IMG/VR virus record: IMGVR_UViG_3300045988_036631
Location: 1-44,213 of that record
Length of the DNA: 44,213 nucleotides
From: a virus
Strand: one strand, 5' to 3'
Of the stretch, positions 7,574 through 15,283 are shown one piece after another. A program made the translations under genes and the position numbers. The first letter of the stretch is position 1. Every line of letters begins with the position of its first letter. The notes below the pieces were generated by a model. It did not search any database and had not been told where the DNA came from. It was given only the letters and a program-made list of their open reading frames with translations.

Positions 7574-7804
7574 TTAGAGACCTTCAAAGAGGCTTTGGAA
7601 CTGGCGGGCGATGCCGTAGAGCTGATTAAACTGCTGCTGCGTCATCTTGCCGCTGTTGAGTAGGCGCTGAACCTCTTGCTGCGGATCGCCGTTAAATCCG
7701 GCCTTGAACCGCTTGAACTCCTGCGCCATCTGCTGAAACTGTCCCATCTGTCCGGGAAGATTCCCAGACATGCCTTGCATCGCATTAAACAGCGGGTTGC
7801 TCAT
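7574..7804 (-). CDS. Small Gln-rich protein, 76 aa
   Basis: ATG 9 nt after AAGGAGG. MSNPLFNAMQGMSGNLPGQMGQFQQMAQEFKRF... Confidence 0.5.
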   Translation of the reverse strand: MSNPLFNAMQGMSGNLPGQMGQFQQMAQEFKRFKAGFNGDPQQEVQRLLNSGKMTQQQFNQLYGIARQFQSLFEGL

Positions 7805-8231
7805 CGGCTGCATCCTCCTTTTTTCTGTTCGGCTTTTTTGCCATCGCATCGACACGCGCCACGAGCGCGTTAAAGTCGTCGCGGGTCACATAATCGGCTG
7901 ATTGTACGGGAGGCTCGGCCTGTCTCGGTGCTGTCCTCTCGGTGTAGTCAAAGATTCGCATCGACGGCATACCGCTTGCGTCCGCAGATTTGAGGTAAAA
8001 CGTCAAAGATTCGCTGTCCATCAGCAGAACACCGCTTCCGGGGCTGACCGGGTAGCTTTTCGCCGCTGCTTCGCCCTGAACCCAGATGATTCCACCGCTA
8101 TTTTGAGCTGGCACTTGCTGCGCCGGCTGCTGCGGCATGTACGGCTGTGATCTGAGCTGCGCAAGTTGATCTTGCATTGGCGGGTAATATCCGCCGTATG
8201 GCTGCTGCCAGCCTTGCATCGGATAGGCCAT
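7785..8231 (-). CDS. Hypothetical protein with Pro/Gln-rich N-terminus, 148 aa
   Basis: MAYPMQGWQQPYGGYYPPMQ...PQQPAQQ followed by a compact domain IIWVQGEAAAKSYPVSPGSGVLLMDSESLTFYLKSADASGMPSMRIFDY. Confidence 0.55.
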   Translation of the reverse strand: MAYPMQGWQQPYGGYYPPMQDQLAQLRSQPYMPQQPAQQVPAQNSGGIIWVQGEAAAKSYPVSPGSGVLLMDSESLTFYLKSADASGMPSMRIFDYTERTAPRQAEPPVQSADYVTRDDFNALVARVDAMAKKPNRKKEDAADEQPAV

Positions 8232-8234
8232 AGA

Positions 8235-8630
8235 TCATCCCTCCCAGTAGTAAAGGGGCGTTTCGCCGCCGCTGTCCCATGTGTCATACCAATCACCGTC
8301 TACGACCGCGAGAACATGTCCGTTTGTCGCCAAAACGTAAACGCCACGCGGGAAGTCTCGGCAAAAATCCGAAACCGTGTAGCAGTCCGGGCACGTCTCC
8401 GGGATACTGTGACGCTTGAAGCCTTTGCGTCGAAGATACGCGCCCCAGACGTGATTTGCGTTTGGCATGTCTCCAACGCAGAAACCGTCAAGGCAAAGCG
8501 CGACGAATACGCTTTCCCATGTTTGCCCTGTGGCCTTGCTTACGGCTCTAATCGCGCAGTCGCCGACGCGAGAATGAAAAGGGTTTGGATTAAATGGAAC
8601 AAACACGCTCTCACCTGCTTCTGCCCTCAT
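8235..8630 (-). CDS. Stand-alone papain-fold (C39- / NlpC-P60-like) putative cysteine peptidase, 131 aa
   Basis: Candidate Cys in NPNPFHSRVGDCAIRAVSKATGQTW and candidate His in YVLATNGHVLAVVDGDWYDTWDSG. Size and motif order fit a Cys-His peptidase domain. Confidence 0.45.
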   Translation of the reverse strand: MRAEAGESVFVPFNPNPFHSRVGDCAIRAVSKATGQTWESVFVALCLDGFCVGDMPNANHVWGAYLRRKGFKRHSIPETCPDCYTVSDFCRDFPRGVYVLATNGHVLAVVDGDWYDTWDSGGETPLYYWEG

Positions 8631-8638
8631 TTTTGCAC

Positions 8639-8671
8639 AAAAAAAGGACGTGCACCTATCAGATGCACGTC
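8639..8671 (-). terminator. Strong intrinsic terminator after the 118-aa gene
   Basis: Minus strand: GACGTGCA-tctgatagg-TGCACGTC-CTTTTTTT. Confidence 0.8.
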
Positions 8672-8691
8672 ATGTTTATATCAGGTTTTTG

Positions 8692-9048
8692 TCAATCCTC
8701 GACCTTGAGAATCGCCAGTACTGTCGGATAGCTCAAAATGATTTCGCCCTCATCCTCACCATATCCGCTCATCTTATTGTCACCCAAGAGCAGCACATAT
8801 CGGCCAGGATACTCATTATTGGTATTAGCCATCGCGCTGTATATCGTCGCACATACACCGTCGAGTTCTTCCTCCGTCTCTTCGCCATCCACCCAAACTC
8901 GGCTGTTGTGGATGACCTTGTCGCCAACTTTCAGGCCGAAGGTTTCCTCTTGAACGCGGATACCGATGTAGGCATAATCTTCTTCAAACGCCTCCATATC
9001 AATTTCCGCGTTTTCAATCGCCTTGCGAACCGCCTTGTTGCTTGCCAT
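8692..9048 (-). CDS. Strongly acidic hypothetical protein, 118 aa (monocistronic moron)
   Basis: Roughly 25 D/E versus about 10 K/R, counted by eye. AGGAGGAAAAAG RBS. Has its own consensus promoter and terminator. Confidence 0.65.
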   Translation of the reverse strand: MASNKAVRKAIENAEIDMEAFEEDYAYIGIRVQEETFGLKVGDKVIHNSRVWVDGEETEEELDGVCATIYSAMANTNNEYPGRYVLLLGDNKMSGYGEDEGEIILSYPTVLAILKVED

Positions 9049-9091
9049 AACTTTTTCCTCCTATCGGTTTCTTCCTTGTTCTTATGGCTAT

Positions 9092-9120
9092 ATTATACAT
9101 CATTTTAATTTACTTGTCAA
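9092..9120 (-). promoter_or_regulatory. Consensus sigma70 promoter (copy A), with A/T-rich upstream element
   Basis: Minus strand: TTGACA (9115-9120 rc), 17 nt spacer, TATAAT (9092-9097 rc). The -35 lies inside the palindrome ACTTGACAAGT. TTTGCAAA palindrome just upstream. Confidence 0.8.
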
Positions 9121-9155
9121 GTGTTTTGCAAATTATTTTTATTTATTTTTAAGTC

Positions 9156-9182
9156 AAAAAAACTCCCTGCGCAAGGCAGGGA
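9156..9182 (-). terminator. Intrinsic terminator after the 245-aa gene
   Basis: Minus strand: TCCCTGC-cttgc-GCAGGGA-GTTTTTTT. Confidence 0.75.
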
Positions 9183-9189
9183 ATAAACG

Positions 9190-9927
9190 CTATTGATCTG
9201 GATCATCCGGTTTGCGCCTATGCGCTGGCGTGATAGGCAGAGACAGCAGCCCCCAATCCTTATAGTGATACACAGATCCCTTACACGATGGATTGCCTCG
9301 CATGCATGCCGCGATCTTTTGAAATCCCCGCGCGATACGGTTCGCAGCATCGTCTCGCTCCTCTTCCGGAGTTTGCGGCTCAAAGAGCCGATAATTGTTG
9401 CGCGCCCAGTCGAGCAGATTGGTGCATGGCACTTGATTCCCACTCGGATCGACCAGCACCCATATTTTGCTTTCGCGATTTTGCGGCCCACGCTGTCCCT
9501 CCGGGATCGCAAGCGCCGCTTGCACGGCACGCGGTCGCAGCTCGTCCATCTGTGCCTTAATGTCAGGGTCTTCCGCGCGTCGCCTTTTCGCGTCCTCTCC
9601 CCACTTGCGCGGCTTGTCATGCGACGACTTCGCCGCCCGAAGACGGCGGCAGGCATCCGAGCAGGTCACGCGGTTGTCCGAGCGGTATGAGTCAAACGGC
9701 TTTCCGCAGATCACACACGTTTTTGTGATCTTCCCAACCGCCTTGCATCCGCACGATGTAGTCTTGCCCGCAATCAGATTACTCGCATAGTACGACTTTA
9801 CGCTGCCGCATCTCAGGCATTCCGCGTCGCATTGTGTCTTAGACGACGCCTCCGGCAGTCGCCAGATCCTCAAAACCTTGAGATCGCCAAACACATTGCC
9901 GACCTGCATGTTGAGCTTGCGCGGCAT
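9190..9927 (-). CDS. Zinc-ribbon protein, possibly a degenerate homing-endonuclease-like DNA binder, 245 aa
   Basis: N-terminus VGNVFGDLKVLRI...CDAECLRCGSVKSYYASNLIAGKTTSCGC plus CVICGKPF...CSDAC. C-terminus SKIWVLVDPSGNQVPCTNLLDWARNN. GGAGG RBS before ATG 9927. Confidence 0.6.
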   Translation of the reverse strand: MPRKLNMQVGNVFGDLKVLRIWRLPEASSKTQCDAECLRCGSVKSYYASNLIAGKTTSCGCKAVGKITKTCVICGKPFDSYRSDNRVTCSDACRRLRAAKSSHDKPRKWGEDAKRRRAEDPDIKAQMDELRPRAVQAALAIPEGQRGPQNRESKIWVLVDPSGNQVPCTNLLDWARNNYRLFEPQTPEEERDDAANRIARGFQKIAACMRGNPSCKGSVYHYKDWGLLSLPITPAHRRKPDDPDQ

Positions 9928-9929
9928 AG

Positions 9930-10412
9930 TCAGCGCCTCCAAAACTCGCCGCCAACGAAGACGCGAGGCAATCCCCTATACATTACCACCGTGTCTTCGC
10001 CGCGCGCGTCAACCCAGCGCGCGGCGCCGATCTCATCGACGGTCATAGGCTGCTCACCCTGCCAGTCCGCGAGGGTAAACTGCATACCCTCAGACTGGAT
10101 CACAGCAATGATCCCGACGTCTGGGTGCTCGACGAGGTAAAAAATGCCGTAATCGTCGATCACCGTCTCGGCCACGATGGGCAGCGCCTCCGTGCGCCCG
10201 GTCTGCCAGTCATAGACTGCCAACCGCTGCGCGTCGCCCCGCAGATATGCCGCCGAAACGCCCAGCGCGTCCGCCAGCGCAGGCAGAATTTTGTTTCCGG
10301 GGTTGCTCTGCCCCCCCTCGTAATTGTTGAGCTGTTGAGCGGATATACCCATCTTATCCGCCAGCTCTTTCTGTTTCAATCCGCGCAAGACGCGCAGCTG
10401 TTTAATGTTCAT
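9930..10412 (-). CDS. XRE-type HTH fused to an unknown C-terminal domain, 160 aa
   Basis: MNIKQLRVLRGLKQKELADKMGISAQQLNNYEGGQSNP HTH, then about 95 aa with no recognised motif. GGGAGGGAGGAG RBS. Confidence 0.8.
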   Translation of the reverse strand: MNIKQLRVLRGLKQKELADKMGISAQQLNNYEGGQSNPGNKILPALADALGVSAAYLRGDAQRLAVYDWQTGRTEALPIVAETVIDDYGIFYLVEHPDVGIIAVIQSEGMQFTLADWQGEQPMTVDEIGAARWVDARGEDTVVMYRGLPRVFVGGEFWRR

Positions 10413-10431
10413 GGTTTTTCTCCTCCCTCCC

Positions 10432-10782
10432 TTAAAATATTACTTGCGGCTTGTAATCGCCGCTCTCACGGTCGTAGTGCATCAATGTCAGATGCACGCC
10501 GTTTTCCGCGCACGCGGCAATGACTGCCGCCATGGCTGCGGTCAATCCGGTGACGTAGACCACCAGCTCACGACGGCCACAGAAGCACGACGTGTCTGTG
10601 TAATCGTTGCCGTTGATCGGCTGGGTGTACGCCGACTCAACGCCCACGCGGTCAAGGACAAACTTAACCGCGACCGCCCGGAGGCCGTCGAAATCCAACG
10701 GGTTGACGGTCTCCGGGTAGATGTATTCCGTCACCGGCAGCGGATGACGGGAAGCGCAAAGACCGCAAATTACCTTTTCCAT
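10432..10782 (-). CDS. Hypothetical protein, 116 aa
   Basis: GGAAAGGAG RBS. C-terminal strand-helix-strand-looking ELVVYVTGLTAAMAAVIAACAENGVHLTLMHYDRESGDY. No family recognised. Confidence 0.6.
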   Translation of the reverse strand: MEKVICGLCASRHPLPVTEYIYPETVNPLDFDGLRAVAVKFVLDRVGVESAYTQPINGNDYTDTSCFCGRRELVVYVTGLTAAMAAVIAACAENGVHLTLMHYDRESGDYKPQVIF

Positions 10783-10847
10783 TTTTTTCTCCTTTCCGCC
10801 GCGCTGGTGCGGCAGTCGAAAAATTGCGAACAGTTTCCGCCTGGCAC

Positions 10848-11216
10848 TTACCAGACGTAGGCGCGCGCCGCGCTCAGCCGTCTATAACCGCGAGGCGGGC
10901 AGTTATCTTCCACTCTGCAAATGCGCAGAGTGGAACCTCTATCGCTGAGCTCGTCCGTCTCCTGCATGAGGATATAACGCCGCCCCGCGGAAAACTTCGG
11001 GCGATCCACAAAGAGCCAATCGCCATAGCTCTCCGCCAATGCGGCATAATTTGCGCCGACCAGCCGACGCGCAGACTTGCCGAGCAGCGGCTTTCGCGCC
11101 GGGATAAAGCTCCATTCCGGTACATCGCCGGATTCCTCCGCGATATACCGATCAGAATAGGCCAGCGCTTTGTTAAGGCGCTTCATTTGCTTCTTGATGG
11201 TTCTCCATTTTTTCAT
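10848..11216 (-). CDS. Hypothetical basic protein, 122 aa
   Basis: First gene after promoter copy B. AAAAGGAGGAAAAAATT-ATG RBS. Confidence 0.6.
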   Translation of the reverse strand: MKKWRTIKKQMKRLNKALAYSDRYIAEESGDVPEWSFIPARKPLLGKSARRLVGANYAALAESYGDWLFVDRPKFSAGRRYILMQETDELSDRGSTLRICRVEDNCPPRGYRRLSAARAYVW

Positions 11217-11298
11217 AATTTTTTCCTCCTTTTTTACGCGGCGACGAGTGCGCCGGTCATGTTGTCGATGTTTTCCTTGTTCCTTATGACTGTATTGT

Positions 11299-11327
11299 AT
11301 TATACATCATTTTAATTTACTCGTCAA
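11299..11327 (-). promoter_or_regulatory. Near-consensus sigma70 promoter (copy B), with A/T-rich upstream element
   Basis: Minus strand: TTGACG (11322-11327 rc), 17 nt spacer, TATAAT (11299-11304 rc). The surrounding roughly 110 bp is near-identical to 9070-9182. Confidence 0.8.
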
Positions 11328-11363
11328 GTGCTTTACAAATTATTTTTATTTATTTTTTGCATT

Positions 11364-11390
11364 AAAAAAGCCCCTGCCATCAGGCAGGGG
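11364..11390 (-). terminator. Intrinsic terminator closing the late/lysis operon
   Basis: Minus strand: CCCCTGCC-tgat-GGCAGGGG-CTTTTTT. Overlaps the stop of 11380..11607. Confidence 0.8.
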
Positions 11391-11607
11391 TGTTATCATC
11401 TGTATATATAGATGCAGACATCCGTCTTTTAATCTCGCGAATGCTGCGGCTGACAGTTGCGGGCGACATGCCCAGTGTCATGCTGATCTGCACAATGCTG
11501 TAACCGCGCCAGAGCAGGTCAAAGACCTGTCCCAGCCGGACGTGCTCGTCAAAGCCGCAGCGGCGGGCGATTTCCTCTTTCGTGCGCCTGTCAAAATCAA
11601 GGCGCAC
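11380..11607 (-). CDS. Small sigma70-region-4 / LuxR-like HTH protein, 75 aa
   Basis: LLWRGYSIVQISMTLGMSPATVSRSIREIKRRM. GTG start with GGGAGG RBS. Confidence 0.6.
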   Translation of the reverse strand: MRLDFDRRTKEEIARRCGFDEHVRLGQVFDLLWRGYSIVQISMTLGMSPATVSRSIREIKRRMSASIYTDDNTPA

Positions 11608-11623
11608 AGAAAACCGCCTCCCT

Positions 11624-11953
11624 TTACACGCTGGCTTCCTCGACCACTACGGGCGCGGTGCTCTCCAACTTTGCAATCTCAGCGTTCACCAGCTCGACAA
11701 GCTCATCTGTATCCAACTTATATCCGTGCGCGTCAAGCCGCTCCTTTACCCACGCCAGCTTTTCTTCTCCGCGCCCGGAGCCGGTGTACAGCTTTTCGGC
11801 GGCGAATACGAGGATAGACACGAGGTCGCGGATTTCGCGCCGCTGGTCAAGCGTCGTCTTGGCCTTGATCCACGGGACGACATACCGCGTAATCAGCGCG
11901 GCCACGAGGACGATCAGCGCCTGGAAGATGGGGGTCAGGTCGATATTAGACAT
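11624..11953 (-). CDS. Holin, LL-H-like family, 109 aa
   Basis: MSNIDLTPIFQALIVLVAALITRYVVPWIKAKT TM segment followed by AAEKLYTGSGRGEEKLAWVKERL. Located in the lysis cassette. Confidence 0.75.
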   Translation of the reverse strand: MSNIDLTPIFQALIVLVAALITRYVVPWIKAKTTLDQRREIRDLVSILVFAAEKLYTGSGRGEEKLAWVKERLDAHGYKLDTDELVELVNAEIAKLESTAPVVVEEASV

Positions 11954-11992
11954 AGATAGCCTCACTTTCTGCCCGGTTTTTGCCGGGCGATG

Positions 11993-12433
11993 TCATGTAA
12001 AAATGTGGTTCTCCAAACACTTGTGATAAGTGTTTTTGATGATATTGGTCGCCTCTATTGTTTTGTGGTTTTCAAATTGTGGGTGTGATTCGCAGTAAGC
12101 ATTATAGGCATTGATATCGTCAAACACCTGCTCAAAATGCTGTCGTGCGTGGCTCAAATCCGTCCGATAGTACAGCTCATCCGCAAACCGCTGTATTCGT
12201 GCTCGTGCAATTTTGGCAAACTCAAGGTCGTTTTTCGCCTCAATCCGTCCCATGCGCTCTTCCAACGAGCCGACAAGTGCCTTGCGCAAGCCCTTAAAAA
12301 CCCACGAGAGCGGCTGAACCTTGATCGGGGAAATCTCGATCAGGTTGAGCGTGATATACACCAGCACGAGCGTCAGTGTGCTGTGCGTTGTGACAGCCGC
12401 TTGCAAGCCGTCCAGCAGCTTTTGTAGTGTCAT
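11993..12433 (-). CDS. Membrane-anchored lysis-cassette protein of unknown role, 146 aa
   Basis: N-terminal TM LTLVLVYITLNLI followed by a soluble domain. Sits between endolysin and holin. Confidence 0.6.
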   Translation of the reverse strand: MTLQKLLDGLQAAVTTHSTLTLVLVYITLNLIEISPIKVQPLSWVFKGLRKALVGSLEERMGRIEAKNDLEFAKIARARIQRFADELYYRTDLSHARQHFEQVFDDINAYNAYCESHPQFENHKTIEATNIIKNTYHKCLENHIFT

Positions 12434-12436
12434 CGG

Positions 12437-13210
12437 TCAATCCTCCGCAATCGTCCATTTTCCCGCCAGCGTGATATACACGCCGTCGTTCCTGCGCAGG
12501 GTCGTCGTGGCCAGTGCTTCGCCGCCCGTCTCGTCCTGATCCCCGCTTTCCGGCGGCGCATCCTCGACAAGATATTTGCTGGACATGTACCCGGTATCGC
12601 CGTTTTCCAGCTTGCCGAACACCCAGCCCGTGCCGCCCGCCTCGCGGATGACGTTCACCCGCGCGCCGTCTGCGGCTTTTGCGATGACCTTTGACCGAGT
12701 GCTTGCGCCCTCACGGATGTTGAGATATCCGCTGGTCACGCTCACCGTTGCATTGCCATACATGGTCTCACCTCCTTCCGCGTTATCTGAATAACTGATC
12801 GCCTTTAGCGGGGCGGCGAACGCCCAATTTTGCGACGCGGGCGACGCGACAAAGCCCGTCTTGGTGCTCTGCGCGTTGAGCACACGCCCATCCTGTCCCA
12901 TCAGGCCAATGTGATAGCAGTCGCCGGGCTGCTGGTCAAACCAGCGGTTGCCGCTGTCGTCCTCGCGCCACTCGCGCAGCTTGAAGACCGCATAGCCCGG
13001 CTTTGCCTCCGATACGGGCACATACTCGCCAACGCGCAGATGCGCAATAGAGTTGCTTCCGTGCTCGATTGTCGCGCCAAGCTGCTTATACGCCCAGACA
13101 AACGCGCCCGAACAGTCTACACAGCCCTCGCGCGCCGTGCCCAGCTCATACGCCCAGTGCTCGTCCAGCATGCGTTGAAAGAGATTGATCAGTGCGCTCG
13201 CCTTAATCAT
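12437..13210 (-). CDS. Endolysin: NlpC/P60 peptidase plus SH3b, 257 aa
   Basis: GCVDCSGAFVWAYKQLG (Cys) and GDCYHIGLMG (His). SH3b-like GYLNIREGASTRSKVIAKAADGARVNVI...GYMSSKYL. GGGAGGTG RBS before ATG 13210. Confidence 0.9.
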   Translation of the reverse strand: MIKASALINLFQRMLDEHWAYELGTAREGCVDCSGAFVWAYKQLGATIEHGSNSIAHLRVGEYVPVSEAKPGYAVFKLREWREDDSGNRWFDQQPGDCYHIGLMGQDGRVLNAQSTKTGFVASPASQNWAFAAPLKAISYSDNAEGGETMYGNATVSVTSGYLNIREGASTRSKVIAKAADGARVNVIREAGGTGWVFGKLENGDTGYMSSKYLVEDAPPESGDQDETGGEALATTTLRRNDGVYITLAGKWTIAED

Positions 13211-13301
13211 CCCACGCACCTCCCGCGCGGATGAAGCGGCCAACCAGACAGCCGGCCGCGAAGATGATCGCGCCGCCGACGATGATACCAAGAATAATCA
13301 T
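13203..13301 (-). CDS. 32-aa single-TM peptide overlapping the endolysin start (not in the ORF track)
   Basis: My translation: MIILGIIVGGAIIFAAGCLVGRFIRAGGAWDD. GGAGGCAAAACC-ATG RBS. Its stop overlaps the endolysin ATG. Confidence 0.45.
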   Translation of the reverse strand: MIILGIIVGGAIIFAAGCLVGRFIRAGGAWDD

Positions 13302-13313
13302 GGTTTTGCCTCC

Positions 13314-13547
13314 TTAGACGGTTGAAAGGCCGTCGTCAGCCTCTTCCTTCGCTTTTTCCGCGTCCAGTGCGTCATAATACGCCTGTGCCAGCGCCTCGAT
13401 CTCTCCGATATCCGCATCGGTGAGCAGCCCATTATCAAGATGGGTGTATGCCTTGTCCAGCCAATAGGCCACATCTCGCCCGGCGGCGATCTCGCGCTTG
13501 ATGGAGCGCAGGGTCAGGTCGTGCCGGGCTTTGCTTTTGATTGCCAT
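13314..13547 (-). CDS. Hypothetical protein downstream of tail fibre, 77 aa
   Basis: Track ORF; AGGAGG-type RBS context. Confidence 0.55.
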   Translation of the reverse strand: MAIKSKARHDLTLRSIKREIAAGRDVAYWLDKAYTHLDNGLLTDADIGEIEALAQAYYDALDAEKAKEEADDGLSTV

Positions 13548-13563
13548 ATGCTTTTCCCCTCCT

Positions 13564-15270
13564 TTAGGTTGTAGTCATAGACGCAATCGCGTCTTCAAGA
13601 TTTTTGATCACGATGTTTACGTCTCTTTGATAGTCCAGTTTCAACCCTGCGCCATCCGTGGCTTGCACCACGGTGTTGGGCGCGTAGGTAGTCAGCGCTT
13701 TGTAGGCGGTAAGTTCGGCAGGGGTGAGCGGGGTTTCAACGGGGGCGGCAAGGATTGCGTTTTGTTCGGCAAGCGTTTTTGTGTTGTCAAAAGAGGTTTT
13801 ATCAACCCTCTGCACCTTCACCCCCCTTTCCAAGTCCACCTCGTCGCACACCCATTGCTGCCCATTTTCATCCGTGTAATTGCCGCCGGAAGTGACAGGG
13901 ATGCCGGGCAAGCCGTTTGGGGTGGGAAGGGTGAGAAGTTGTTCGTGGTAGGGTTCGTAGGTGGTTGCGGTTGTGCCGAGTTCAAGCTGCACTTTTACGC
14001 CAGTGAGATTGTATGTTTGTCCTTCAGTTACAATAAAAACTATTCTGGTTGCCATATCAGACATTTTATCGGCAGCACCTAAAGAAAGAATAGCTCCCCA
14101 TGTTTCTGATACAATTTTCACTTTTGGAGATGTGATGCTAGATGATAAAATCACCACACCGGATGCAATAAATGGTGGGATGTCTAACTTGGCATAGCCA
14201 GAACTAGTTGCCGTCCCTGAAATTGATATTAACCCATCTTTTGCAGTAACCGTTACACCTCTAGCGGTCGCTGACCCGTCGGGAATATTCAGCAGATTCC
14301 TCCCCGTCACCTTCACCGCCACGCTTCCGCCATCTCCCGCACTCACAATCGGAACAGGCGCATCGGGAGTCGGCGTGCCGTCCTGCGTACTCTTGCCGTA
14401 GACAGTCAGCCCGCACAGCGGCGCGGAAAAAGCGTCAGAGACAGATACAGGATTGCCCGTTTCGGTGCCGATCAGGATATTCTGGCGCGCTTTGTCGGCC
14501 TTCTCAGCAACAGCCTTCTCAATTTCCGCCAGCCGCTTTCCCGTTGCGGCTGCGTCCGCCGCCTCGCCCTCCTGGGTCAGCGTCGCGTCGATGACGGCAT
14601 CCTTGCCCGGTTCGCCTTTTGCGCCCGTGTCGCCCTTGTCTCCTTTATCTCCCTTTGCGCCCGTTTCGCCCTGCGGGCCGGTGTCTCCCTTCTCGCCCCT
14701 GTCGCCCTTGTCCCCTTTTTCGCCCTTGGGTCCTTGCGGGCCAATCGGGCCTGTTTCGCCCCTGTCTCCCTGCGGACCTTGCGGCCCTACAAAGTCGCCA
14801 TTATCCAACCGCCGCTGTACTTCGTCTGCGACTTCCTGCGCAGCGTTTCCCGCTCGTTCAACGTCGGCCAGCATGCCAGTCGCTTTGTCAATCCATGTTG
14901 TAACCGGATCAGGTGCCGGGGCAGTTGCGTCGCCAAGAGACTCGCTGATGCGCGTACAGGCAATCGCAGTCTTGATGACTGCGCCATCCGCATCTTGGAT
15001 TGTGATTTGGGCTTGCCCGCTTCCGGCTTTATCGCCGATGTCCGCGCGCGTGATCTCCCACGTCAGGATACTGCCCTCTTGTTTCACCGTCGCCGGATAC
15101 TCCACCCGGCCAGGCGGCTTGACCGTGATCGACGCGATAGCATCCGGATACTGGCTCAATATGCTTTTCAGGTCGAGCTGTACCCGCGTCGCGCGATTTT
15201 CGCCGACACGCCCAAGCAGCAGCGCTTGATCGCCAAAACGATCAAGCGTCAGAATGATATCACGCATCAC
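13564..15270 (-). CDS. Tail fibre / receptor-binding protein: BppU_N-like N-terminus plus collagen-like G-X-Y region
   Basis: N-terminus [25 protein letters not shown]...[22 protein letters not shown]. About 20 G-X-Y triplets ([29 protein letters not shown]...), roughly 14605-14787. Confidence 0.85.
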   Translation of the reverse strand: MMRDIILTLDRFGDQALLLGRVGENRATRVQLDLKSILSQYPDAIASITVKPPGRVEYPATVKQEGSILTWEITRADIGDKAGSGQAQITIQDADGAVIKTAIACTRISESLGDATAPAPDPVTTWIDKATGMLADVERAGNAAQEVADEVQRRLDNGDFVGPQGPQGDRGETGPIGPQGPKGEKGDKGDRGEKGDTGPQGETGAKGDKGDKGDTGAKGEPGKDAVIDATLTQEGEAADAAATGKRLAEIEKAVAEKADKARQNILIGTETGNPVSVSDAFSAPLCGLTVYGKSTQDGTPTPDAPVPIVSAGDGGSVAVKVTGRNLLNIPDGSATARGVTVTAKDGLISISGTATSSGYAKLDIPPFIASGVVILSSSITSPKVKIVSETWGAILSLGAADKMSDMATRIVFIVTEGQTYNLTGVKVQLELGTTATTYEPYHEQLLTLPTPNGLPGIPVTSGGNYTDENGQQWVCDEVDLERGVKVQRVDKTSFDNTKTLAEQNAILAAPVETPLTPAELTAYKALTTYAPNTVVQATDGAGLKLDYQRDVNIVIKNLEDAIASMTTT

Positions 15271-15283
15271 GTTCTCTCCCTCG

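Noticed and set aside
14605-14787. Periodic 9-bp-like DNA repetition in the fibre gene as a separate DNA-level element.
   Set aside because: It is fully explained by the collagen-like G-X-Y coding repeat of the tail fibre. The units are not identical at the DNA level.
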